IMG/VR virus record: IMGVR_UViG_3300028653_000014
Span: 19,070-83,069 of that record
Strand: one strand, 5' to 3'
DNA length: 64,000 nt
Source: a virus
Shown here: positions 56,402-64,000 of the stretch, one piece after another
Position numbering within the stretch: position 1 is the first letter of the stretch
How the letters are laid out: each line of letters begins with the position of its first letter
Made by a program: the position numbers and the translations under genes
Notes under the pieces: generated by a model
The model's database searches: none
What the model saw: only the letters and a program-made list of their open reading frames with translations
What the model was told of the DNA's origin: nothing

Positions 56402-56748
56402 TCGTCGTCCTCCTGATCGTCAAGCCAAGATTCCGGGAACGTGTACGGGCGCCCCGGGTCGTCGTAGCGGATGCCGCCCCGACCGGTCTTGACCGATGGA
56501 AGCGAATCACGAATCGGCCGCTTCAGCCCGTCGACCATGACTAGGTCGTAGTAAGGGGCGACGGGCGCGCACAGACCGCCGGACGCGATCATCGACCGCG
56601 ACAGCACCGTGTTCTCGACAGGGACAGGAGGCCCAACGTCGTAGTCGATCCACTCGGCGTCGGTCTTGGCTGCCGCTGCGGGCAGCTTGCCGAACGCGAG
56701 CGCGCCAACGACCGCGCCTGCGCGCTTCAGGAACGAGCCTCTGTTCAT
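56398..56748 (-). CDS. Signal-peptide protein containing a major-capsid-like segment
   Basis: MNRGSFLKR + hydrophobic helix; IASGGLCAPVAPYYDL...RP...LPS...RGGIRY. Confidence 0.75.
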   Translation of the reverse strand: MNRGSFLKRAGAVVGALAFGKLPAAAAKTDAEWIDYDVGPPVPVENTVLSRSMIASGGLCAPVAPYYDLVMVDGLKRPIRDSLPSVKTGRGGIRYDDPGRPYTFPESWLDDQEDDE

Positions 56749-57285
56749 AGCGGCGTCTCGTCGAAGACGATCGTGCATCCGTCAGGCAGCAGCAGTCTCT
56801 CGGCCTCGGCGCTGACCTGCTCCGCAACCGCGTGAGCGTGTTCGAGCCACTGCTCACGCTGCAGCCGTGCAAGGTCTCGGGCGGCCCGCTCCCGCTCTTC
56901 CAGAAGGTCGACGAGTTCTCGCTCCTCGTCCGTCAGATCGAGGGCCGTGTAGATGCGCTCCTTGAACTGCTGGCGGAATAGAGCGAAGTCGTTCGTGCCC
57001 GAGTCGCCGATGACTCCGACCTCCACACCGGCCTCCCGCAGTTCGTCCCAGGTCGGCGGCGTGGTCACGCGACGGCAGCCTTGAGATCGTCGAGATCGGC
57101 GCGCTCGAAGACGCGATGCTCCACCCAGGTTGACTTGCACCGCAAGCAGCGCATGTGGAGCCGCGTGAATGACCCTTCCCGGCTGAACTCGAAGTCGCGT
57201 TGCATGATCGTCCCCACGCAATCGCCGACGTCAACTAGATCGACGAAATGAGGCGACTTGTGGGAATCCACGAGGCAGCGGCGCG

Positions 57286-57603
57286 TCACGGCCCCTCCAA
57301 CTGTAGAGGAACCTCGCCCAAAGGGATCAGTTCGCCGCGGGCGCCGAGCATGTGCGACGGCTGATGAGTCCAGAGCCGCCACTCGACGTTGGCTTCCTCA
57401 CGGGCGACCATCAGTTTGTACTCGGCCTCCTGCGGCGTGTTGGCGCGGCCTCCGCGCGCGAAGCGGAACCCGCGGTCGACGACTCCCTGACGGGCCTGTT
57501 GGTTGCGGCCCTCGGACACCTCCAGGTAGAGCCACCAGCGGACGACGTCGCGGCGGTCGTGGAGGCTGTCGCGTTCGTGGCCGAACTCGTACATGTCGGT
57601 CAC
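57286..57603 (-). CDS. Hypothetical protein
   Basis: One of a chain of coupled small ORFs (56745-58981). Confidence 0.55.
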   Translation of the reverse strand: MTDMYEFGHERDSLHDRRDVVRWWLYLEVSEGRNQQARQGVVDRGFRFARGGRANTPQEAEYKLMVAREEANVEWRLWTHQPSHMLGARGELIPLGEVPLQLEGP

Positions 57604-58687
57604 CTGGATGCCTCGACAGTCTCAGTGAGGATGATCGTGACGGACTGGCCGTCGTTCTTGTCGATGAACCCAATCTCCCGGCCGTGCTCGTCCGTCACAC
57701 TCGATTCCAGGCGGTGCCAGTCCGGACACGGCTCCTCGGGCTTCACGCCCAACTTCACGATGATGACGCTCATCGCTTCGCAGGCTTTCCGTGGGTCGGG
57801 CATTCCCACCAGCCGTTGAACTCCATCGGGGCGTAACAGACGGGGCACGGGCGGGGGTCCTGCGGGCGCTTCACGATCGGCTTCGCGGTCATGGTGCCCC
57901 GTGAGCGGTCATCCAGACGAGAACGTCTCTAACGGACGCACCTGCGTCGAGTAGGGATGCGGAGGCTCGCGCGTCGGACTCCTTCACCGCCTGAGGGCAC
58001 GGTGTGTCGTAGTGTGGCGGGGCGCCCGGGTGGTTACCGGCTTTGCCGCACGTCGCGCAGTATTCATATCTCGCGGTCACGGGATTCTCTTCCACCAGAC
58101 CTGCCAGTCACCGAACCTCGCGAGCCGATGCGCGCCGCGCCGTTCACGTTCTGACCAGCGGAGCGGGTACAGGCTGGCCCGTCGCAGCACGAGGTAGCGC
58201 TTCCCGATCACGAGGCCGTGCCAGCCGCGCATGTGGTGCGTCCGGATCACGGCCGTCTTGCCGCCCACCAGATGCAGGCCCGATGCCAAGGGCCGCGGTG
58301 ACGTCGAATCCCGACGAACCCGTCCGCATACGTCGGGAGTGCAGGTTTTATCGCGCGCGGGCTACGGCAGCAGGCCATCAGGAAAGCGCGTCCCTGAACA
58401 GTCTGAACGCGCCCGCCAGAAGCTCGCACACCTGATAGAGCAGATAAGCCGAAACGACGCCGAGGAAGTAAAGCGGGACGGTCCGGCCGATACCCCACAC
58501 CGTGTGGCCGTGCGCGTTGACGCCTTTGCTGCTGAGCCAGCCGAGGATCATCCCGTGACCGCCGTGGACTCCAGCCGCCCACAGCCACGCCAACACGAAC
58601 AGTGACCCAAGGCCGACGACGGCCGGTATCCCGATCGCTCCCAGAAGGAATGCTACGCCGACGGCAATCCACTGCCTATCCGTTACA

Positions 58688-58981
58688 TCACCCACGCACT
58701 GCCTCCTGCTTGATGAGTTCCGTTGACTGAGGTTCCCGCGACGTCGGGTCTGTCGCGCGTTCAAGACGAAGGTGGATCGCGTCGTCGACCCGCATCTGAA
58801 TCGACTCGCGCTCCAGCCGGATCTGGCTGAGCGTCAGTTCCGTCCGTTCGCGTTGGACGCGGCGGAGATTCGTGTTCGGCAACGTCAGTTTCCCGTTGGC
58901 GATCAGGATGGCTCCCGCGACTGTGGCTACCACCATTGACAGGCCGAGGAAGACGCTGAGGACGATCAGAGCCGCGACCAT
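58688..58981 (-). CDS. Membrane-anchored coiled-coil protein (leaderless)
   Basis: TM helix then coil; ATG 7 nt after TAGGCT. Confidence 0.6.
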   Translation of the reverse strand: MVAALIVLSVFLGLSMVVATVAGAILIANGKLTLPNTNLRRVQRERTELTLSQIRLERESIQMRVDDAIHLRLERATDPTSREPQSTELIKQEAVRG

Positions 58982-59006
58982 TGGTAGCAGCCTACCACCC
59001 GCGGGG

Positions 59007-59219
59007 CTATCGCGCCAGTGGTCGTCTCGTCTCGAAACGACGCAGCGCCGACTGCTCCGCTTCGCGCCATTCCCGCTCGAAGCCAGGATGCCCGTCCCGC
59101 TCTCTGAGAGCCTCCCTGCGCGTCACAGACGCCACAGCGCAGGAGAACGTCAGGTTGCCCGACACGGCAAGTTCAGCGACGAACAGGGCGCGCTGGTCGG
59201 CGGTCATCTCGTCGCCCAC
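59007..59219 (-). CDS. Small-terminase-like HTH protein
   Basis: FVAELAVSGNL...A.V.R.....R...PGF..EW.EA. Confidence 0.5.
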   Translation of the reverse strand: MGDEMTADQRALFVAELAVSGNLTFSCAVASVTRREALRERDGHPGFEREWREAEQSALRRFETRRPLAR

Positions 59220-59272
59220 CAGAGGAACAGGACTAGGAACACGATGCCCACCCCGATATTAAAGATGAGCCA

Positions 59273-59290
59273 ACTCACGCGCGCGTTACC
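59273..59290. repeat. 18-bp pseudo-palindrome, copy 14
   Basis: ACTCACGCGCGCGTTACC; contains the stop codon of the GT2 gene. Confidence 0.85.
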
Positions 59291-60108
59291 GCCGGGTCAT
59301 ACACAAGGCCGCGTTCGTCTTCGGAGCCGGGCGCCCGCGGCGGGTTCGGCGCGTGGAAGTAGAGGCGGAACCACTCCGCGGCCCGCTCGTCCAGGTCGGG
59401 TGCGTCCGGGTCACCCCACATCCGCCAATGACCGCCGACGTCTTCCGGCAGATCCGTCGCGGCGTACGCTCGCGCGCCATTCCGCACCTTACGGGCGAAC
59501 TGCTCCGCCGTGCGCCACGAATAGTGGTCGACCCTCAGGCCGCCCGCCGTGAGGTAGCGCTTCGACCCGTCGTAGGAGCAGCCGTGGTTGCCCGCCTCAA
59601 TCACCAGGCCCGGCCAGGTGCGGCACGCGACCTTCGGCAACGCGGACGGTTCAGCGAGCCGCCAGCGGATACGGTCGAACGGCGACGGGCACTCGGCCGC
59701 GGACGGGTCGTCGCCGGACGGGATGTAGTGGTATATACCGGCGGCCACCACCGGCACGTCGGGCGGGATGCTGCGCAGGAACGCCCCGACGGTCCGGCCG
59801 TCTTTTGCGACCCATCGTTCGTCCGCGTCGATCAGGACAGCCCAGTCGTAGCCAAGCTCGCGCGCCTGATCCGCGAGCGTCGTCATCTTCCGTGCCTGGA
59901 AGTACGCCGGGTCGAGATCGGGATAGATGGCGAGCCAGCCTTCGGTCTCCAGAGCCAGGTCGAGCAGGATCTCAGAGGTGCCGTCCGTCGAGAGGTTGTC
60001 GAGCACGAGCAGCCGGTCGATGTCCTGGGTCATCAGATGCCGGATCGTGTGCTCGATCACATCGGCCTCATCACGGACCATCATCAGCCCAGCAGAACTC
60101 AAAGCCAC
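59275..60108 (-). CDS. Glycosyltransferase family 2
   Basis: MMVRDEADVI, DNLSTDGT, IDADE. Confidence 0.85.
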   Translation of the reverse strand: MALSSAGLMMVRDEADVIEHTIRHLMTQDIDRLLVLDNLSTDGTSEILLDLALETEGWLAIYPDLDPAYFQARKMTTLADQARELGYDWAVLIDADERWVAKDGRTVGAFLRSIPPDVPVVAAGIYHYIPSGDDPSAAECPSPFDRIRWRLAEPSALPKVACRTWPGLVIEAGNHGCSYDGSKRYLTAGGLRVDHYSWRTAEQFARKVRNGARAYAATDLPEDVGGHWRMWGDPDAPDLDERAAEWFRLYFHAPNPPRAPGSEDERGLVYDPAVTRA

Positions 60109-60705
60109 CTACACGTCCCGGCGTCGGAACGCCAGCCCCGATCGGCGGTAGTGGTTGAACGGCCGCTCGTTCTTTGACGACAGCGCCCGCGTCATCGCGG
60201 TCAGACCCTCGTCAAACTCGAACCCGTTCGCGGCGAATACGCCTTTCCAGTAGTCGTCTGAGCGGCAGTTGACGTGATGCCAGCCGGGACAGCCCGGCTC
60301 CGCATGGGTGATCGCGGCGAACCGGGCCATCTTGAACGTCGCCATGAAGTTCGGGACGTACTGCTCGTCGACGTGCTCCACGAACTCAGCCGACCAGGCA
60401 AGATCGAACTCCTCCAGGCTCCCAGGGAACGGCCCAACGGTGTAGTCGTGCTGAAGTATCCGCTCGTCTGTCTGCGGTGTTCCCTCGATGCCGAGCACGC
60501 GGCAACCCTTACTCGCGAAGTAGGCCAGCGTCTGCCCGTCGCCACAGCCGATGTCGATCACCGACTTGACCTCCCACGTCTCTACGAGCCAGTCCCACAT
60601 ATCTTCATAGCGCGTATCCGGGTCGCCGCCGGTCAGGTAGCCGCCGAGGTGCCCGGCCGTCTCCATGCGGTGATGCTCTGGTTCGGTCACAGTTCGACCC
60701 ACCAT
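60109..60705 (-). CDS. Class I SAM-dependent methyltransferase
   Basis: VIDIGCGDG, FDL..S.EFVEH. Confidence 0.85.
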   Translation of the reverse strand: MVGRTVTEPEHHRMETAGHLGGYLTGGDPDTRYEDMWDWLVETWEVKSVIDIGCGDGQTLAYFASKGCRVLGIEGTPQTDERILQHDYTVGPFPGSLEEFDLAWSAEFVEHVDEQYVPNFMATFKMARFAAITHAEPGCPGWHHVNCRSDDYWKGVFAANGFEFDEGLTAMTRALSSKNERPFNHYRRSGLAFRRRDV

Positions 60706-61250
60706 ATCGATGTCCCTTCGCCCACATTCACCCTCTCTCCGAAGACTTCATTGACGGCCTGGGCGACGCCGGGGTATCCCGCGTCGGGGCCGGGCAAGTA
60801 GTCGTGCCCGCAGATCAGCCTCCTGGTGAGCGGCAGCCACGCGGCGATGTCCTGCTTGACGGATTCGTACGCATGGTCGGCGTCGATGAATGTCATGTCG
60901 ACGGCGGCGTAGCCGAAGGACAACGCCCGCATGGTGTCGGCGGCGGGGAGCGAGTACGTCTGCAGCGCACGCAGGTTCTCGAAGTGGCCGCACGAGCGCA
61001 TGAACGACCGGTAGCAGTGGCCGCCCTCGTCATCCCACGGGTCGACGCAGTAGACCGGGCCTTTGCAGCCGGTCAGGAGCGCGAACGAGGAGCGGCCGTG
61101 GAGGGAGCCGATCTCGACGACGCTGTCCATCGTGGCGGCGGTGTCGTGGAGCCACCAGCATTCGACGTTCGACATCCAGCCCCAGATGTGGTCGCCGGGG
61201 AACCCGGCGTCCGGTGTCGGCTCCGGTCCCATGATGAGCGGAGTCGTCAT
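60687..61250 (-). CDS. Class I SAM-dependent methyltransferase (Methyltransf_24-like)
   Basis: VVEIGSLHGRS, FIDADHAYE, CGHDY, PGV..AV. Confidence 0.85.
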   Translation of the reverse strand: MTTPLIMGPEPTPDAGFPGDHIWGWMSNVECWWLHDTAATMDSVVEIGSLHGRSSFALLTGCKGPVYCVDPWDDEGGHCYRSFMRSCGHFENLRALQTYSLPAADTMRALSFGYAAVDMTFIDADHAYESVKQDIAAWLPLTRRLICGHDYLPGPDAGYPGVAQAVNEVFGERVNVGEGTSIWWVEL

Positions 61251-62050
61251 CTAACCGGGCCTCTGGGTCGTACTCCGATCTCGTTCGCGCAACGCTTGCA
61301 CAAGTCATCGAAGTGACGGGGTCTTTTCTCACAACGACTGCAGAGCGGTGAGACAGCGCGAGGTTCATCGTCAATCGCCTGGCGCCGTTGATCGCGTTCT
61401 GTCAATCTTCTGCGTCTTGCATCGGCGGCTACATCTTCGCTGACTTTAAGCATCGGGCGGTGGCGATCAATTTCCGCGCTAAGTCGCTCAAACTGGCCGT
61501 CCTCCCACACCTTCGTGCCGAACTCTGATGCCGCGTAGTCGGCGAGAGGCACCAATCTGTCCCATAGGTCAATAATGACCGCTAGCAGCGCGGGTGCTGA
61601 AAGTTCATATCCATCTTCCGGCAGAGAGTTGAACGCGTCTTTTTTGGAATCGAACGCGCGGCAGAGATCGTCGATAGCGCGACACGTCGCCACGTATTCC
61701 GACCTGTCTTTCACCACGCCCCTCCACGCGTTCTCGAAAGACTTCCGCATTTTTCGGGAACCAAAAGTCGTCAGGTCGCTCGCGAAATCGCCGGTGGAGG
61801 CATCTAGCTCGTGAGTAGCGAAAAAGGCTCTTGCTACTTCGTAGTAGATGGAGATTTCGTGATCGGATAACGCTGAGGACGTCGAGAAGTAGGCCACGAA
61901 GTCGTCCTCGTATGCAGCGAAGATCGGGTCGTCTTCCCGGTCCTTGGCTCTGTCTCTGAGAACGTGTCCGTCTCCGATCGCCTGAAAATCGGTTCCCTCG
62001 GTTTCGATGCCGAACACATCTGAGAAGAACCCCGTCTTGCGGAACTTCAT
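61247..62050 (-). CDS. Hypothetical protein, visibly lower GC, C-terminal CxxC..CxxC
   Basis: 267-aa ORF interrupting the transferase cluster. Confidence 0.55.
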   Translation of the reverse strand: MKFRKTGFFSDVFGIETEGTDFQAIGDGHVLRDRAKDREDDPIFAAYEDDFVAYFSTSSALSDHEISIYYEVARAFFATHELDASTGDFASDLTTFGSRKMRKSFENAWRGVVKDRSEYVATCRAIDDLCRAFDSKKDAFNSLPEDGYELSAPALLAVIIDLWDRLVPLADYAASEFGTKVWEDGQFERLSAEIDRHRPMLKVSEDVAADARRRRLTERDQRRQAIDDEPRAVSPLCSRCEKRPRHFDDLCKRCANEIGVRPRGPVR

Positions 62051-62051
62051 C

Positions 62052-62750
62052 TCAGTAGCCCGTCCCGGTTCTGACGCCCGTGTGGTGAATCCACTCCTCG
62101 CCGTTACCCCATACGCCGAAGCGGTAGCCGCGGCCCATCAGGTCGTGGCTGAAGCGGCCCTCGCAGTGGTCTTCGTAGTCGGGCCAGGGGTTGTCGCGCA
62201 TGAACTCTGTGCTCATCAGCGACGGGTTCGTGGTGAAGTACATGCGCTGTTCCAGCCACTGGAGGCTGTAGAGGCCGAGACCGCCGAGCCACGCGTTCGC
62301 GGCATGGGTCGTCACCGGCTGATATTCGTGGCGGTGGAGGGCGTAGAGGCCGCCCGCACGCCGTTCGATCGGGTTGACCGCGTCGCGCATCAGCGACATC
62401 TGCGCCACCTCGGGTTCGGCGCGAAGGACGGTCGCGAGTTCAGCCAGGTTCACCGGGCGCAGGAACTCGAAATCATTTTCCAACCAGAAGACGTGCTCCG
62501 GCCCGTCCTTGGCCGCCTGCTGCCAGAGCGCAGCGGTCGCACCGCAGAAACCGCGCTGCTCGCTCAGGAAGATGCCGCCCCACGACCCGAGCGGCTCAAT
62601 CGGCGGCAGGCGTCCGTCTTCACCGTCCACGACACAGACGAGATCGGTGGGGCGCGGTGTGACCATCGCGGCGAAGCTCTCGATGGTGCGGTCAAGCGTC
62701 GGTGCGTCGCCGTGGGTCAACACAGCCAGCCTGTAGGAGAAGTCGCTCAC
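62052..62750 (-). CDS. Glycosyltransferase (GT-A fold)
   Basis: VCVVDG, GFCGA, FWLENDF, FTTNPSL, HTG. Confidence 0.75.
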   Translation of the reverse strand: MSDFSYRLAVLTHGDAPTLDRTIESFAAMVTPRPTDLVCVVDGEDGRLPPIEPLGSWGGIFLSEQRGFCGATAALWQQAAKDGPEHVFWLENDFEFLRPVNLAELATVLRAEPEVAQMSLMRDAVNPIERRAGGLYALHRHEYQPVTTHAANAWLGGLGLYSLQWLEQRMYFTTNPSLMSTEFMRDNPWPDYEDHCEGRFSHDLMGRGYRFGVWGNGEEWIHHTGVRTGTGY

Positions 62751-62762
62751 GCGGGCGCGACT
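62745..62762. repeat. 18-bp pseudo-palindrome, copy 15 (degenerate)
   Basis: GCTCACGCGGGCGCGACT. Confidence 0.55.
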
Positions 62763-63462
62763 ATAGCCTACTACCGGATGCCGTGCGGGCCAGATGGTCG
62801 GCCCAGATGGCGTTGTACACCTTCATCGGGTCGCCTCCGGCTACGTTGCGGCTGTTAGGCCGGACGTGTGCCCGATACACCGCGTCAGGGACATGCACGA
62901 GATGTGCGCCCGCATCCCAGAGGGCCAGGAACGTCGCGTAGTCCTCGTAGATCGTGAGCGGGGTTCCGTCGCTGGTTGTCTCCTGGAACCCGCCCGCTTC
63001 GAGGAACGCAAGCCGGGGCATGAGTGTGCCGATGACGCACTCCGACGTGCGCGGCCAGCCGCCGATGTTCGGGATGCCCGCGCCCGGCTCGCGTCCGTCA
63101 CCGGCCCAGTAGCGAACCGCGGGCGCGAGGAGCAGGTCGGGGAGCGGGAAGCCCGGATGGTCGATGCCGTCGCCGTGCCAGAGCAGCAGAAGCCGCCGGT
63201 ACATCTCCTCGACGTAGAACGGCTCCAGTTCGTCGTCGGCGTCGAGGAAGCACAGCCATTCGCCTTCCGCCCGGGCAGCGGCCTGGTTGCGCGCCTGCGC
63301 CAACGTGCCGTCCTCCAGATGGTGGACGATCGTCTCGACCGTCCCGTCGAACGGTTCCTTCATCCCCTGCCCGACGGTAGACGGGTACGCGCGTGACCAC
63401 GACAACTCCTCCCAGGCCGGGTCGCCGTAGGTCGCGACCAGGATCGAGCAGAACGTGGTCAC
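62761..63462 (-). CDS. Glycosyltransferase family 2
   Basis: ARNQAA..A.GEWLCFLDADD, GGF, YED. Confidence 0.85.
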   Translation of the reverse strand: MTTFCSILVATYGDPAWEELSWSRAYPSTVGQGMKEPFDGTVETIVHHLEDGTLAQARNQAAARAEGEWLCFLDADDELEPFYVEEMYRRLLLLWHGDGIDHPGFPLPDLLLAPAVRYWAGDGREPGAGIPNIGGWPRTSECVIGTLMPRLAFLEAGGFQETTSDGTPLTIYEDYATFLALWDAGAHLVHVPDAVYRAHVRPNSRNVAGGDPMKVYNAIWADHLARTASGSRL

Positions 63463-64000
63463 TTTCGCCTACTGCCTGACTGATAAGCCCTTCTGAGACC
63501 TTCGCCAATGCGCGCTCGGTGTTCCGCAGTGTGTCGCTTTGATCTTCTTCCCTTCGCAATGCAATCTGCCGAGTTGTCGGCGTGAGTACCGACGAAAAGA
63601 TGCTCCGGATTCACACAAGCCGGGACGTCGCAGCGATGAAGTACAAGCAGCCCGTCAGATATGGGGCCGACAAAATGTCGATACGACCAGCGGTGAGCGA
63701 GCATGTTGACATTGCCGCCCTTCGCCGATTTCGTCCCGTCCCAGAACATCCCGTAGCCACCCTTTGTCGGATGCCCCTGCCAGAGCCAGCAACCGGTAGC
63801 TAGCTCTACAACGTAACGGCCGTGGAATCTCTCTTCGTCAGTCTTGACCGTCTTGGCAGGCGCCGGAGCAATAGGGTCGCCATAGATAGTCCAGCGCCAG
63901 TAGTGAGGTCGACACCAGCCACGCGTGTACGACCTCTTAGAACATCCCTCTACGGCGCAGTCCGGAACTTCCCGCAAACGCTTGTAGTGGTAGCGACACC
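63459..64000 (-). CDS. HNH endonuclease with a NUMOD3-like tail (start may lie outside the window)
   Basis: CWLWQG, AHRWSY, LHRCDVPACVNPEHLFVGT, HTAEHRARI. Confidence 0.85.
   Translation of the reverse strand, partial: CRYHYKRLREVPDCAVEGCSKRSYTRGWCRPHYWRWTIYGDPIAPAPAKTVKTDEERFHGRYVVELATGCWLWQGHPTKGGYGMFWDGTKSAKGGNVNMLAHRWSYRHFVGPISDGLLVLHRCDVPACVNPEHLFVGTHADNSADCIAKGRRSKRHTAEHRARIGEGLRRAYQSGSRRK

Noticed and set aside
3247-63397. Near-matches to the 18-bp motif with short spacers or half sites (e.g. near 3248, 6883, 55214, 63383)
   Set aside because: Wrong spacing or too many mismatches; not counted as copies.
1-64000. Integrase, att sites, large terminase, reverse transcriptase/DGR
   Set aside because: None recognisable in this window, so lifestyle and genome ends cannot be inferred.

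Overview
This GC-rich window is part of a tailed (siphovirus-like) actinobacteriophage or prophage, almost all on the - strand. Left to right it holds: replication and recombination genes (partial dnaB, HTH replication initiator, ERF, ssb); a secreted Rpf-like transglycosylase; a lysis cassette; tail genes; head-tail, major tail and two-component capsid genes interrupted by free-standing HNH endonucleases; a divergent accessory cluster ending in an intein-split lysozyme; fibre-like genes including a 21x20-aa repeat protein; an AAA ATPase; prohead protease; a MuF-like minor head protein; portal; four tRNAs; and a glycosyl-/methyltransferase cluster. No large terminase or integrase is visible. 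There are four inteins. The most striking observation is that the intein in the MuF-like gene (49005-49925) has no recognisable endonuclease on its own strand, while an intact HTH + Vsr/DUF559-like nuclease ORF is written on the opposite strand entirely inside it. Other notable signals: an 18-bp pseudo-palindrome (GGT[AC]AC-GCSSGC-GT[TG]AC[CT]) at about 15 sites across the window; synonymously recoded 3' ends of structural genes next to HNH genes; a signal-peptide protein carrying a copy of a major-capsid segment; and a 2H-phosphoesterase domain embedded in a head protein. All calls come from reading motifs by eye; no database search was run.
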